Of a stretch of DNA of 64,000 bases, positions 49,066 to 62,229 are shown one piece after another. This DNA is from Sphaerodactylus townsendi. Its lineage: Eukaryota. Position 1 is the first letter of the stretch; every line of letters begins with the position of its first letter. Both the position numbers and the translations under genes were made by a program. The DNA lies in assembly GCF_021028975.2 (NCBI RefSeq), contig NC_059435.1, positions 41,912,001 to 41,976,000 of the forward strand, written 5' to 3'. Below the pieces are notes generated by a model that did not search any database, was not told the origin of the DNA, and worked only from the letters and a program-made list of their open reading frames with translations.

Positions 49066-49254
49066 GCTAATCCAGATCCTAATACATGTCTTGGAGTGTT
49101 TGGTCTCAGTTTGTATACCACTGAGAGGGATCTTCGTGAAGTCTTCTCCCGTTATGGACCTTTATCTGGTGTCAATGTAGTTTACGATCAAAGGACTGGG
49201 CGATCACGAGGATTTGCTTTTGTTTACTTTGAAAGAATAGATGATTCTAAAGAG
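49066..49254 (+). CDS. TRA2A: TRA2A coding exon 4 (RRM: RNP2 and RNP1)
   Basis: tttcag|GCT AAT CCA ... AAA GAG|gtaaac, 189 nt. Encodes [63 protein letters not shown]. Confidence 0.98.
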
Positions 49255-52200
49255 GTAAACACTTCTGCATTCCTAATGTCAGTTTTTTCTTTAAAAGTAA
49301 TTATTCCGCTGCACCAGTTGACTCTAGTTTTCGCTTTATTTTTCTTTGCAAAGTATGTAATTGCTCGGACTGTTTGGTAGTTTTATGCACTTAATTTGTG
49401 GAGACCTGTGAATTTGCAGGCTCTTAAAAATACATTTTCTGTACATCCAGGGAATGGTCTGAAATGGCTATATAAAGAGTGAAGTTTGAGAACTATTTAA
49501 CCAGTTGAAAATATGTCACCTAGCAAGGTAGCAGTATTTGAGAGCATTCACACGTGAAATGGTCAGTTTTAACTAAAACACGCACCTGATTAAAAAAAAT
49601 CTTTCTAATGTATAGTTTTTAAAAGAAAATCCAAAATATTCCAAACTTATTACCTTAATTTTCAATCCAGGGGAAAGGGACAGGGGTAACAACAAGGTAT
49701 ACAACCTTGTGAATCCCACCAAATTATTTTAGATGATAAAATCCTCAAGTATAAGGCACAGTAAGAATAGTAGATGAGGTCTAGCGCGACAGATATTGAA
49801 ATAACATCAGATGTATGCTGGGAGCTGAAGTTGAGTGGATGCCCAGGAATAAATGTTGGGTCATACTGGAAAGCTGTTTGAAAATGTCAGTATGTTAGTT
49901 GTAACTGGCAGTCCATCCAGACAAGAAGCACAGACTTTAACAGCATTTCTCTTCCCCCAGCAGTGCTTTCTCATATTTTCTGGAGTTGCAGGACCTACCT
50001 GGACAAATAGACAAGAGTATCAGAAATTGCAGTGTGTGTGTTAAAGCATGGAAAACATCTTCTACAAATAGAGTTATTCTGGTGGAAAAGGGGATAGTTT
50101 TCCCCCTCCTCACTGCTCACTTCCCTGCAAGGAATCAGCTTTTGGTGATCTGGAAGGGAGTGTGGAGGGAGGCAGAAATCAAAATCCATCACTGCTTTCT
50201 GCTGAGATTGCTGCCTTCAACCCAGTGTAAAAAGAGATAAATTTGATGTTAAAGTAACAGATTGTCATGATGCTAGATAAATATATGGGTTGACCATGTT
50301 GAAGAGAAGTGGAAGGCTGCAGGATTGCACGCTTCATTCTTATTACTCTGTGAATTCCCTGTGCCTTCCCCCAATGTCCTTAAAATCATTAAAAGTTATA
50401 TATTCATTTGTTACAACAGTTATATTTCCATGGTGTCCAGTATTTGAATTGTCATCTGGAAATAGTTATCAGGAAGAGACATGTTGAAATTAGCTAAATT
50501 CATGTCACAAATGTGGCCACTTCATATCAGCATTTGTAGTAGTATATTTCCTCAGGAATCTCATAACTTTCAATATCGTTTCCCTTGAATATATAATAGT
50601 GACTAAAATATTTTCTTAGGACTTTCAATTACATAATTATGTACAGTGTATCAAACTCTAGTTAACACACTTTTAGTAGCACTTTTAGCACTTTGTGGAA
50701 TGATGGAAAGTGGTGACCGTAACTGGCAGGTGGGTTTTTTTGACGGACACAATTTTGCATCTTTTAATGTGTGTATGAATGTGAAGAATATAGAAGGCAT
50801 GATGCTCTTAATTGCTTGTTTACATAGTTGTGGCTTGTTCTCTTAAATGCACTTGATGGGAGAGCGTCCTATCAAAACGGCATGTCCAAGAAGAAAGGAA
50901 GTCACTAGGTGGCACTGCAGCCTACATTTAATCCAATGATAAGATATACAGAACAATAGAGTGGAAGCTTCTAGATTTACATTTATTAAGATGTAAACAC
51001 TGACCACGTGGAACTAGATTTTTTTAAAAAAATCCTAAATCCCTAGAAAAACCAAGAAAGCATTTTTAAAGCCCAACAAAATTAATTTAGGATAAACAGA
51101 TTTTTGGTTTGAGCCAGAGGTGCACACGGAAAGGCTATTTTATAACTTTTGCTAAAGTGTCCATGTGCGAATGGAAATGTGGGAACTGCTCTAAATATAC
51201 CTGTAATCGCAGCACAAACTTTTCTACTAGTACTTGCACATGAATCTGCAGTATATCGCTATATCTGTTTTTCTGTAAAGGTCTTTGGGCTCTGGTGTAG
51301 AGATCTGTTCTCACTCTGGGGAGGTCATCTTGAACTTGGGTGATTCCCACCTGCTATTCAGAGAGGCAGGATTAAATTTTCACTTCCTGTCTTTCCAGTG
51401 GCAATCTTTTGAGCTCAGTTTACTTCCTGACTAACACAGGGAGACCAACTAAGGATTAGAGCTCCACAGTGGCTCTCCTTTTTGTCTAAATCTACCTTTC
51501 ATCTAAATTCTTTCACTAACCCTTACTAAAGAGGTAGCTTTAATCTTCTGACTTCCCTTTGTTCCTTTCACATGTTCTGTGTGCCTCATCTTTAAGGCTC
51601 CATCTTTGTTTCCTGCCCATTTTTCCCTCATGGGAGGCTTATGGATACAGATTTCTGTAAAAAGAGGATGCAGACCAAGTCTATTTTCTTCTCAGCTATA
51701 AGACAACGGCACAACCTCTGGAAGCCTCAAATACAGCAGAGGACAGGGAGAATGGCCAACAGAGGCTGTGGTGCCAAAACAAAAGCAGCAAACCATACCA
51801 CTTAAAAATGATGTGAAAATGGACCCAGTGGCTAAGAGGTCCTGAGCAGCAATGATGGTAAATTTTGCCCCCTGGAAACCAGCTGCTCAACTGGAATGTT
51901 TGAGATGGAGTCAACAAGGGAGCAGAGTGCTGGACTAGATGGACTCTGGTCTGATTCAGCAGGCTCTTTCTTATGTTCCTTAAGGGGCAGTGTGCAACCT
52001 TCCCTCCTCTCCAGCGAGGCTATGGGAGAGCAGCCATCTGCTGCAGTGAAATTGTGGAGGCAGTCAGGAGGGCCTTAAGGGAAGAGCTGCAACAAATCCA
52101 GATGCATTCACCTCTCTCTCTTTGCCCAGGGGTTCTCATTGCTCCCCACCAGATGCCCTCCACATGATCCCATTGATCTGTATAGTTACAGAGAGGGACA

Positions 52201-52274
52201 TATTGTCTCCTATAGGAAGCAGTGGCCCACCAAAGCAGCCAGAAAGGCTTCATACTCAGGTTCATGCTCTAGGG

Positions 52275-52420
52275 CAGTGGTGGCGAACCTTTGGCACTCC
52301 AGATGTTATGGACTACAATTCCCATCATCCCCTGCCAGCATGGCCAATTGGTCATGCTGGTGGGAGCTGATGGGAACTGTAGTCCATAACATCTGGAGTG
52401 CCAAAGGTTCACCACCACGC
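52275..52420. mobile_element. Palindromic hAT MITE (family B, 146 bp)
   Basis: Same sequence family as 26462. TSD CTCTAGGG / CTCTAGTG (7 of 8 match). Confidence 0.88.
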
Positions 52421-52599
52421 CTCTAGTGCATTGTATCCCCCTCTTCTGTATCAAACAGTGAAAAACTGGAAGGCGAGTTCTCCTCAGACCGTGAGTACAC
52501 AGTGGGAGCAACCTACTAGATTATTTAATGGCATGTAGACTTTGAAAGGAACCAGTTGTTAGACCTAGACTGCACTCCGGAGGTTGCAGAGACAATAAT

Positions 52600-54122
52600 G
52601 GGTTCCAGGAAAATATACAGTAAACAAACAACTGTACACAAGAAGCTGTTGCAATGTGGTACCATCACTAACATGTTGATCCACTAAACCCAGGTCTGGG
52701 TCAAATATCCGTTAAGACGGGGTCTATCAGCAGCTCAGGGCATCTACCCTACATTGTCAAGTAGCAGCCATACTTACTACAGTGCCTGAGATATCTGGCA
52801 TTCCACTAATGAGGCATCTTCACATTGCATTGTTTTTCAAAGACAAAGTGCAGACAAGCTAGCGCCCCTCCACCACCACCCCCCACCCCGTTATTTACAG
52901 ATTCTGTACATGGAGGCTACACGTAATGCTATCAGCCTTTACCACAATTCTCTTTGAGCCATTGAGAGAAGTCCCACTAATGGCAGTGACTACAGCTAGA
53001 AGTGTATCAGAATTGGAGCCCTGTCAAGCAGAAAAGGGCTCTGTGTTTTCCATAAAGATAAGGCAGTGCTTCGACCAGAACTTGCACTTACTCCCAAAGT
53101 TAATTCTTTGTTCCACTGAAGGCAAGAGATACTTAACATCCTTTTGTCCTTGACCAAAACATGCCAAAGAAAGGGCCTGGCACATGTTGGATCTTCATAG
53201 GGCACTCAGGATATGTATTTGATGAATGGAGGGTGTCAGGACAACAAACTTTCGATTAATTTCTTTGACCGCTCCAAACAAGGAAAGGAAGTTGTCTAGA
53301 TCAGCTGTAATGTCAGAAAGTGCATCTTCTATGCCTACAAGGCCAGCAACATTCCTATACCTCCTGGCATCACAGCCCACTCAATTTGAAGCGTGGCTAC
53401 CAGCTCAGCCTTTGACCATCAAACTTCAGTAGAATATGTAAGGCAGCCACATGGTCTTCCATTTCAACCTTCAACAGTCATTATAAAATCAACTCATTCT
53501 CATCAGTCATTGCCGCTTTTGGGCTCAGAGTGCTGTAGCATATGATGGAAGAAAACTAGTTCCCACCCAGATTGAAGGACACCACAACTGGAGGTCCTAA
53601 GATCAATATGCCCTCCTCCTCAGAGTGAGAACAGAACCTATATAAAATGAAACCTTAGATACTCACTGTGAGGGTTCCTTCTGCTCTGAGGTAAGGAGGG
53701 CATTTTGTGCACCAAAAACAGGAAAGGGAAGGGCATTCAACAGGATTAGGAAATGACTATGAGTGCCAAGAGTACACCCAAAATTATGAATGCTTACATA
53801 ACAAAGCACTGACAAAGGAAGGCTAATTTTCTTACCCTTCCCCAAAGCCAGTTCGCTTTCTTATGTTGTTGCTAACACACTCATTCCATGGCAGTGTTTT
53901 CTCCTGTTCTTGTAAATGTTCTATGTTTATGAAATTCCTTCCTATCCTTCTTAGAAAGTACTTAAATCGAGCTCAGGAGATTCCCGCCTGGGAGGCAGGA
54001 AGTGGCCATTTAGTTCTGCTGTCCTGAACAGCCAACAGGAATCACCCAAGATTAAGATGCCCTCCTTACCTCAGAACAGATGGAACCCTCACAATGAGTA
54101 CCTAAGGTTTCATTTTATATAG
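52600..54122 (+). mobile_element. Decayed DIRS1-like (tyrosine recombinase) retrotransposon, 3' portion with inverted repeats
   Basis: Translated relics FEPL..., TTARSVSEL, ..PK..SFCP, RAWHMLD, TAHS, CKAATWSS resemble the DIRS YR domain. About 65-bp inverted repeat at 53638-53703 vs 54057-54122. Confidence 0.75.
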
Positions 54123-54945
54123 CTATCCTATTACTCCGGTCTAAACCCATTGCAATCAGTGAGTATAGGCTAGGGTATGATAAAGTAACTGTAACACTTT
54201 AAAAAAATAGAATTTATTGATTAAGTACAAAACTTGGAAAAGGTTTTTGTCAGTTAACAAGGGGTTGGTAGCAATAAAAAATGCTTCTTTATAATTACAA
54301 AAATCAGTATTTCAGTAAGATCTTTGTGTCAAAGCAGAAAACTTTGAGCAACAGGACATTAGAAAAGATGGAGGAGCCTTGCATAGAAACATTGTCTTTA
54401 ATATGTTGGTCAAGCAAGTTGCATGTAGTGAGTGAGTGGGGAAGCCGATGATTGTCATAGAAACCACACCTCCAATTTTGTTCAATTATGCTGGATCTTG
54501 TCAGCCAGCTGGCAGGAGATGGGCATAAAATGGAGACTAATTAGCAGGAATCCAGCTGCCTGCACTATGTAGGAAGTAGCGCTATTTAATGTTTCTGCTT
54601 TAGTTCATCACCTTGTGGCTCCAGTCACAGCAAGACCTAGAAGGCCTACTCTGCTGCAGAGAAAAGTATTGCCTGTTTACCTTTTTCATTTGTTTAAAGC
54701 TAAAGTGTCAGGAGATGCATCAGTTTTTGCTTGTTAGCAGAGTGCCCACTTGAAAAGTGATTACATTTTACTAACTTGAGGGCCCCAAGGGCAGCAGGGA
54801 TGTTTCATTCTGCCTGCTGGAGAAAAGCTTAGCCTCTCTCATTGGTTAATAACTGTTAATCACTTCAGACAAAGCTGACTTGGCTGAATGAGAATAAGCA
54901 CTGATTTCTTGATCGTCGTAGCTAAAGTATCTAATTTCCTTGTAG

Positions 54946-55061
54946 GCAATGGAACATGCAAATGGAATGGAACTGGATGGCAGGAGGATCCGTGTGGATT
55001 ACTCCATCACAAAGAGAGCGCACACCCCCACTCCAGGCATTTACATGGGCAGGCCAACACA
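54946..55061 (+). CDS. TRA2A: TRA2A coding exon 5 (RRM end plus linker)
   Basis: tgtag|GCA ATG ... ACA CA|gtaag, 116 nt. Encodes [38 protein letters not shown]. Confidence 0.98.
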
Positions 55062-55441
55062 GTAAGATGTTTTATGGGCAGTCATCTTTTATGTGTTTTA
55101 TGATCATTTGTTTTGGTTATATTGTATGCTGTCTTGAGTGCGCAAGGCAAAAGAGTGGCTGATAAATATTTTATAGGAATAAATAATACATTATTCGCTT
55201 CATTTTTTGGCTTTTTTGTGTGTAAATTTCTGATTTAAGGAATTGATAATCAGTAGATTTGTAACAGAGTTAAGTCTTTTCATATTTTAGTCACTGTTTA
55301 GTCACTGCAGTAGTTGAAAGGATTCATTCTGAAAGATTGTCCAGTTAATTGGTTTTTAAAACTGCTGTTTTAAGATGATGTCTTGAACAAACTACAGTAT
55401 TTAGTATACCTTAATAAAAAAAATTGTTTTCCTTCTAAAAG

Positions 55442-55579
55442 CAGTGGAGGAGGTGGTGGAGGAGGAGGAGGAGGAGGTGGTGGTGGAGGAGGAGGAGCTG
55501 GCCGTCGACGTGATTCCTACTATGACAGAGGGTATGACAGAGGATATGACAGATATGAAGAGTATGATTATCGCTATAG
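55442..55579 (+). CDS. TRA2A: TRA2A coding exon 6 (poly-Gly plus YDRG repeats); NAGNAG acceptor
   Basis: aaag|CAG|TGG ... TAT AG|gtatgt. Encodes S-G17-AGRRRDSYYDRGYDRGYDRYEEYDYRY. Confidence 0.95.
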
Positions 55580-56671
55580 GTATGTGTCTCCTAAATGCTC
55601 TCAGAACATTTATTACAAACTTTATATTCTGTCAGAGTGTCTTCTAGTTAATAGCCCCATCCAAAAGGCCAGGTGCCTGATTTCAGAGATATGCATCAGA
55701 CTCTGCATATAGTGAACAGCATGCAGTTATGTAGAAGAACAGTTTTCACAATCTTACAATCCAAAGGTGGGGTGGAACAAATCCACTGCTGGGAGCAACA
55801 GGGACCACACCGGCTGATTTGCCCTCCCAGGGGCACTTACACCACCAAAGAGATCATTCCAAAGTGCAATAGAGGCAACGGCCAGGTGGAAACAGACTAG
55901 TGTTGGCTCCTTCCCCTGACTACACCTCTGGACCACCCGCACTACAGCAGGGGGCATAGGTATGCTGGAATGGCACTCAGCATCGCAGTCCACTGCAATG
56001 GAGGACCGCAGCGCTGCCTGCCAGTGGATCTGCCCCTCCTCTGGGACAAGTGTCCTGGGGAGGGCAAATGCGCTAGCATGGCCCCATGCTGCTTCTAGAG
56101 CAGATTTGCTCTGTCCCCACCTTAGGACTGTTACAATTTTTCATCTATATAGTTGCATGCTATTCACTATATACAGAGTCTGATGAATATCTCTGAAAAT
56201 CAGAGTGTATCCAGCATATGCTTGTGCATATAAATGATAGCATCTGAGCATGGGGCCAAAAAATGCTTTTCATTCAGTCAGAACATGTACAGGAAGTAAG
56301 GCTACACTTCTAATTTTTCTTTCTTAATTGTTAAATTCTGTCAGTAAGATTTAGCAACCTGTTAATTTCGTAATTTCTATAGGACTGAAAAGCAGCTGTT
56401 GTAGAGGAGGGGCAACGTTTAATGTAAAAAAATAAGAAATCAAGACTTTTCTAATTAAACTTGTTTTATATAAACATTTCCACATCAGTTATTGTTCATT
56501 GTACGTATTGCCCATACAGCAGTTGCTTTGAGTGAGGGGAAACTTATATACTTTACAACCATTTGACAGTAAATGGATGTGTTAAACTTTGAATAATCCA
56601 TGTGTATCACAAAAGTGTATACACATGGATACGAGCTACTACCAACAAAAAATACTTTGTTTTCTTCTAAG

Positions 56672-56739
56672 GAGGCGATCTCCTTCTCCTTATTATAGCC
56701 GTTACAGATCACGATCAAGATCTCGTTCCTACAGTCCAA
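56672..56739 (+). CDS. TRA2A: TRA2A coding exon 7 (RS2 domain)
   Basis: ctaag|G AGG CGA ... CCA A|gtaagt, 68 nt. Encodes RRSPSPYYSRYRSRSRSRSYSP. Confidence 0.96.
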
Positions 56740-56901
56740 GTAAGTATGCATTTGTGTTGCATAGATACTATTTTTGGCATGGTGAAAGTTCTTGGAGTGT
56801 GACAGAATGAGTACAGATGGTAAGCATTGCTACTGGGAGAAGGGGAAAATGAATGAATGTGGAAGTATGATGGTTACCGGGTTCTTTCTGTTTCCTTTCA
56901 G

Positions 56902-56912
56902 GGCGCTATTGA
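56902..56912 (+). CDS. TRA2A: TRA2A last coding exon (RRY*)
   Basis: cctttcag|GG CGC TAT TGA. Total CDS is 852 nt = 283 aa plus stop. Confidence 0.93.
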
Positions 56913-57714
56913 AGAACAGAAGCCAGTTACATTTGCAAACATGATTTTTAAGCAGCAACTTCTGACCTAGCTTTTCCTGTAGGTCCCCTGCAGTTATTCT
57001 AAGATTAAAGATCCGTGGTTCATTTAGAATATATGTATTTTCAATTGAAATACCAGTTTCCCATCTTTTATTGTAATTCTCCAAGTGTAATTGTTGTAGC
57101 TTTATGTACGTAAATGTCTTTAAGTAAACTGAAATAGGATTCCCAAAGTGTTGATACATTTTGTAAATTGTTTTCTTTATTTTTAAAGTCAAATAGATTT
57201 CTCCTTGAACCTAATGGAGAGCAACAAAAGAATTGGTTTGTGTTAAAACTTGCACGGTGTATTTCAGTAGAAACCTACTATTTGATTTCTATCTGCCTGT
57301 TTTGGGAAAATGTTGATCTGTATCTTCAGTTACACTTCAGTATGTATCCCTGAACCTGAGTTTATAGTTCTCAATGTAGTAAGTAAACATTACTGGAAGG
57401 AATGCTGTGGGAAAGCTAATTCTATACTGCAAATTACAGCTTGGAATGTGTTCGATAAAATCATTTGATGACGATATGGGTGGCACATGAAGTTATTTGG
57501 TTAAAATATATGAAACCAAGCTATCTTTAAATTATCCTTTTATCTGTTTGCAGCCCCACTGTCAAGACACAGGTGTAAGCCTTACCCTTTTTTTGGCATG
57601 CAAGTATATTTGTTGTTTACAGTAATTCTGTATGATTTTGAAATGGTGGTTAAGCAGGTTCTCTTTAGTAGTAGTATGGTTTGAGAAATTATTACTGTAG
57701 ACTTTTCTTCTTAA

Positions 57715-57769
57715 AATAAATTTTAAATTCTATCATTATAGCCTTTCAGTATTTAATAACATAATTAAA
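57715..57769 (+). terminator. Candidate TRA2A polyadenylation signals (AATAAA 57715-57720; ATTAAA 57764-57769)
   Basis: Hexamers at the end of an ~0.8-kb AU-rich, repeat-free stretch after the stop codon. Confidence 0.5.
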
Positions 57770-57980
57770 CATGTGAGATATTATGTAAGGAAAGATAGGA
57801 GAATATCCAAAGGTACCTTGGATAAACTGCTTGTTTTGAGATGTACCTAACGTCTTGAACCACCTAATACTTAAAAATAGGACACGTAAGTATGCCACAT
57901 TGTAACTCCTCAGTATAAGTGTAAAAGTACAAAGCTTGAGCTGTTTTTGCTGCCCAAGGAAGCCTGTGGATTGCTGGTAT

Positions 57981-58035
57981 CAGGGGCGGAGCAAGGGGAA
58001 ACTGTGCGCCCCGCCCCATTGGCACTACGCCACTG
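57981..58035. mobile_element. 55-bp mini hAT MITE with 8-bp TSD
   Basis: TSD GCTGGTAT at 57973-57980 and 58036-58043. TIRs CAGGGGCGGAG / CTACGCCACTG. Confidence 0.8.
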
Positions 58036-61000
58036 GCTGGTATAGAACAATGGACTCCACTATAAAATGAGCAAGGAACCAGAAGCCTTGAAATTCATAA
58101 TATGCAAAGAGTTTGTTACTAGTGATTGCAGTAGTACAAAGTCAGTATATGAGATAGGATGTGTTTATACAGCCAGAAAATGCGTGGTGAGAACAGGGCA
58201 GAAATGTCTCTCAAATGGGAGGAACCCACTAGTCATGTAGGAAAACTTCAGCTTGCGGGGGAAGCCTCTGCCAATCTTTAGGAGCCTCCTTTTCTAAATC
58301 TTTCTGTTTACAACTGTGCTCAAACCAGGGCTCCTCTACATGGGGCCCTCGGGTACGATGGCACCCAGTGATATCTTTTCTAGCACCTGCCGAGGGTCTT
58401 TAGAAAGTGGGTGTGGCCAGATGCCCAACAGAGCTTCTAATAGGCCATTGGAGGTGTTAATCCTAAACTGTCAGATTAGTGTTTCTCAGCTAGGTTAATA
58501 TGTATACTTATATTTAGGTGGGCAAATATTTTAGACAGTTTGTTTATTTTAAAAGCATGCTGTTAAACAGCTTCTGGCTGAATGTTGACGGATTACAAAC
58601 AGTTCGACATAACCTCACTCCCTGATACTGTGGTTGCTTCCACCATTCTGTGAGATTTCTAGTTGTCCACTGGTACAAATAGGGTGTGTGTGTGTGTCCC
58701 CAAGCTTAATCATTATGAGTAGTTTATTCCCCTTAGCTTTATGGAGTTTTAATTTTTTTATTGGGATGTTTCAGGAAAGCACTAATTACCCTTTGATAGT
58801 TGACAGCAATATGTTATACAGTGGTGGTTTGGAGACACTGATTGCCCTGCTGTAGTGCTGCATGTACATGTACATGGCCGAGCTCAGCCAACATGGCAGA
58901 CTTAATAATAATTTCTGTTAACTAGCTGGCATAATATTTACTCAAACTACAAAGTGGAGTCCTGGAGAGTACAGCCTACCTGCTACTGTTCTTAGGGTGA
59001 GCAGATAGGAGCTGACTTTCTGCTGTCAAGACTCAAAGCATTCAATGAGTAAGTGGAATATTTCCACATAACTGGAAACTGGCATTCTAGAATAGTGTTT
59101 GTCGATTATGCTAGTGAGTAGTGTTAAGCACTGCCGTCCATCTTTGACAGTCCTTGGAAGGGTTGCTTTTGTAGGAAAAACCAATCTGGGAAAACACTTG
59201 TATTTGCTTTGTTTTCTCTCTTCAGAGGCAGGTGGCAGTCTTGTATGGGGGAAGACTTTGTAATCCTCTAATATTTTTCCTTCCTTGGCTACAAGAAATG
59301 CAGAGAATGTGCCACTTTCTGTTGGCTCTGCAGCTTTCAACACCTGCTACAGATAGCTGACAATGTATTACTTCCTGACTGCCTATTTAAAAATGTCATG
59401 TGTTGAGGAAATGACGAATGTGGAGTGTAAGTACCATGTAATGGCTGGCCAGTGATCAAATTACTAGCACCCAGTTCTCAGTGTGACCTTACTGATTGCA
59501 ACTTTTGCAAAGTATTTCTGTGTTAATGATAACAAACAATTTGGGTGTTCGTTTTCCAACTGGTACTTGTCAATCTCTGTGGTAAGGCTTTCATTAACAC
59601 TGCAACTAAGCATCATTATCTAGAGTAACTCTACCTTTTCTTTACAGCTTTTGCTGTAAACTCAGAGGGCAATAATCATAAAGTTACTTTTTAGTGTAGA
59701 AATATAGACCATACTGGGAGGGAAGGTGCACAACTTACACTAATACATCCACACTAGCAGTTCAACAGCCAGAAGAGTTATGCAGGACTGGAAAACATGT
59801 GCAAGATATTCTAGGATATTCAGCTATCTAGCCTAATGTAAAGGGACTAGTTTTCCATGTGAAATGGAGAGCAGCACAATTTTGTAACAACTGTTAATTT
59901 TCTGAGGGAAATTGTGGCATTGTGTGGAATCTGTTACTTCATTTCACCCTTCAGTGAATAGATTGCAACGTGAAGGACAAGTGCTTCAAATGACTCAGAT
60001 CCCCATCTAAGGGGGAGGGGGGGCTGTATCCAATCATGGGAGCGGTGGGGCATCTGCACTAGAAGATTCGCCCTCCCCGGGGCATTACCCTGGTGGAGGG
60101 TGAAACAGCAGCCATGTGACTGTTGCTGCCCTCCCCAGCAGTGGGACACAGCGCAAGATGCTACAGTCGCATCCCGCCACCAGCAAAATGGGGCCAGGCC
60201 AGGGGAGGAGCTGACATTAGTCAGCTCCCTCCCAGCCATCTGGCCTGTTATGTCAGCAGTTGTGAGGTGTGACTTATGGGTGACATAAGCTTGTTGAGTG
60301 CTGTGGGGGCTTCTCGGTGGCAGGGAAGCTGTCCTGCTTGTAAAGCCTTCCTGTGCCACTGGGAAGCATTGTGCTTTCAGCACCATGGCTGGCCGACTGA
60401 ACTTGTGGATGGGGCTGGCAATCTTACATGAAGTGAAAAGTATGAAAATTAATTGCCACATGTTCTTGCCACCTTACTTTTCTGCATGGATGCAGTGTAT
60501 AAGGAATCCATTAGTGATGAAGTAAATCTTGTGGCACTTTATGGACAAACTTATTTTACTACATACAAGAAAGATATTAAGTCTAGAATAACCTCTCTGT
60601 GACATAGAGTTGTATGCTGCAGTCAAAGTTCTTTTCATGACCTGAGTTTGATTTCAACAGATGTTGGTTTCAAGTACCCAGCTAAAGGTTGACTCAGTCT
60701 TCCATCCTTCCTAGGTTGGTTTGACTACCCAACTTGCTGGGGTAAAGTATAGATGACTGGTGAAGGCAATGGCAAACCACTCCAAAAGCAAAGTCTGCCT
60801 AGTAAATGTTGTGTTATGATGGCATCCTATGGATCAGTAATGACCCAGTGCGTGCACAGAAAACTATCTTTACTTCTTCTTTTTACTTATTAAACTAGAG
60901 AAGGAAAAAATAGCATATTGAGTGTGCCTTGTTGGTGATGTGAAACATTTATTCATTTTCTGTTTTCAAAACTGGTGAACAGAATGATACCTAGATAAGA

Positions 61001-62229
61001 AAAAATGTTTACAAGGTTAAAGTAGTTGTATTAAGCACAGAACACCAATATAAAACACTTCATCTGTTCCTCTGCTGTCAAGAGGTACAGCCAAAATTGC
61101 CTTGGCACCCTGTAGCCTTCTCGGGATGCATCGTATAGTATAGATGTATATTGGGAAATGATTAAAGTCTATTGGAGAATGATTTCTAACATTAAGATTA
61201 TTCTGAAAGTTTTGTACAGTATAACACTTCACTCTTTTAACCTCATTTAAGTAATGTATATAGATGGGTGATGATTTACTCACGATAACTTGTGCTTGAC
61301 CATATCAGACTGGGATATTGCTGAACCTGGAAAGGTATTAATTAAAGTGCAAGGCGCAGTATCTTGATTTGGGCATACAGTTTGTCAAGTGACTGGTGCA
61401 GTTGTCATATATGCAGCTGAATATATCATCTTCAAGGGCATCCTCACATAAAGCACATCTTAATAGACACTGGAAAGGTATTACAAGAGAGTAACTAGGC
61501 AGGATTTTGTCTCCAAAATGTCCTCCTCCCAAATGTACTCCCAAAAACTTAGGCCATTACTCCTGCTGCTTCCCAGGAGTGCCCTGAGGCACTGAACTTG
61601 CATAGATGGGTAAGTAGCACCCTGTTTATGAGAGGCATGGCATAACTCAGCCCTAAATACCACACTGTAATTACCCGTCTTACGTTCAGTTTTGACTTGT
61701 TTAATTTCTTCCCCTTACTTATGCTTCCAGGCATTGAGGTGTCTGTTTCTGGATGCTTGCTTTCTTAAGATACAGAACTGGATGTTGTTAGCATATTGAT
61801 TATACTCAATTCCAAAACTCCAGCTGATTTCTTTCAGTGGTTTTGTATGGCTATTACTAACAACATTGGTGCTAACTCCATAATATGCTGAGTTAGCAAT
61901 GGCAATAATTATATTTTTGGATATACTCAGAAAAGCTTTAAACCTTTGGAGTGACCATCTGGACATCCCCATCTACTTTTAAAGCTACTTTTAAGAAAAT
62001 GGCATGTCACAATCTCAGCTAATGAGTTTGGATACAAGCTTAGTTAATTGCCAGGTTGGAACAATCCTTTGTTGATCCCCTTGTGTGAAAATGATTTGAA
62101 AAAGAGAAGGGTTAACTAACTTCAGTTAGTCATAAGATCTGATTGCGGGCTTTAAAAACAGCTTTCTTCCCCTGTAACTGGTATTCTCAGTCATGATGTA
62201 GTCCTGACCAGGTCTTGCTTATGAAGAAC

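Noticed and set aside
49066-49254. Assignment as TRA2B
   Set aside because: The N-terminus MSDVEENNFEGR, the long poly-Gly tract and the CCDC126/FAM221A/STK31 neighbourhood indicate TRA2A.
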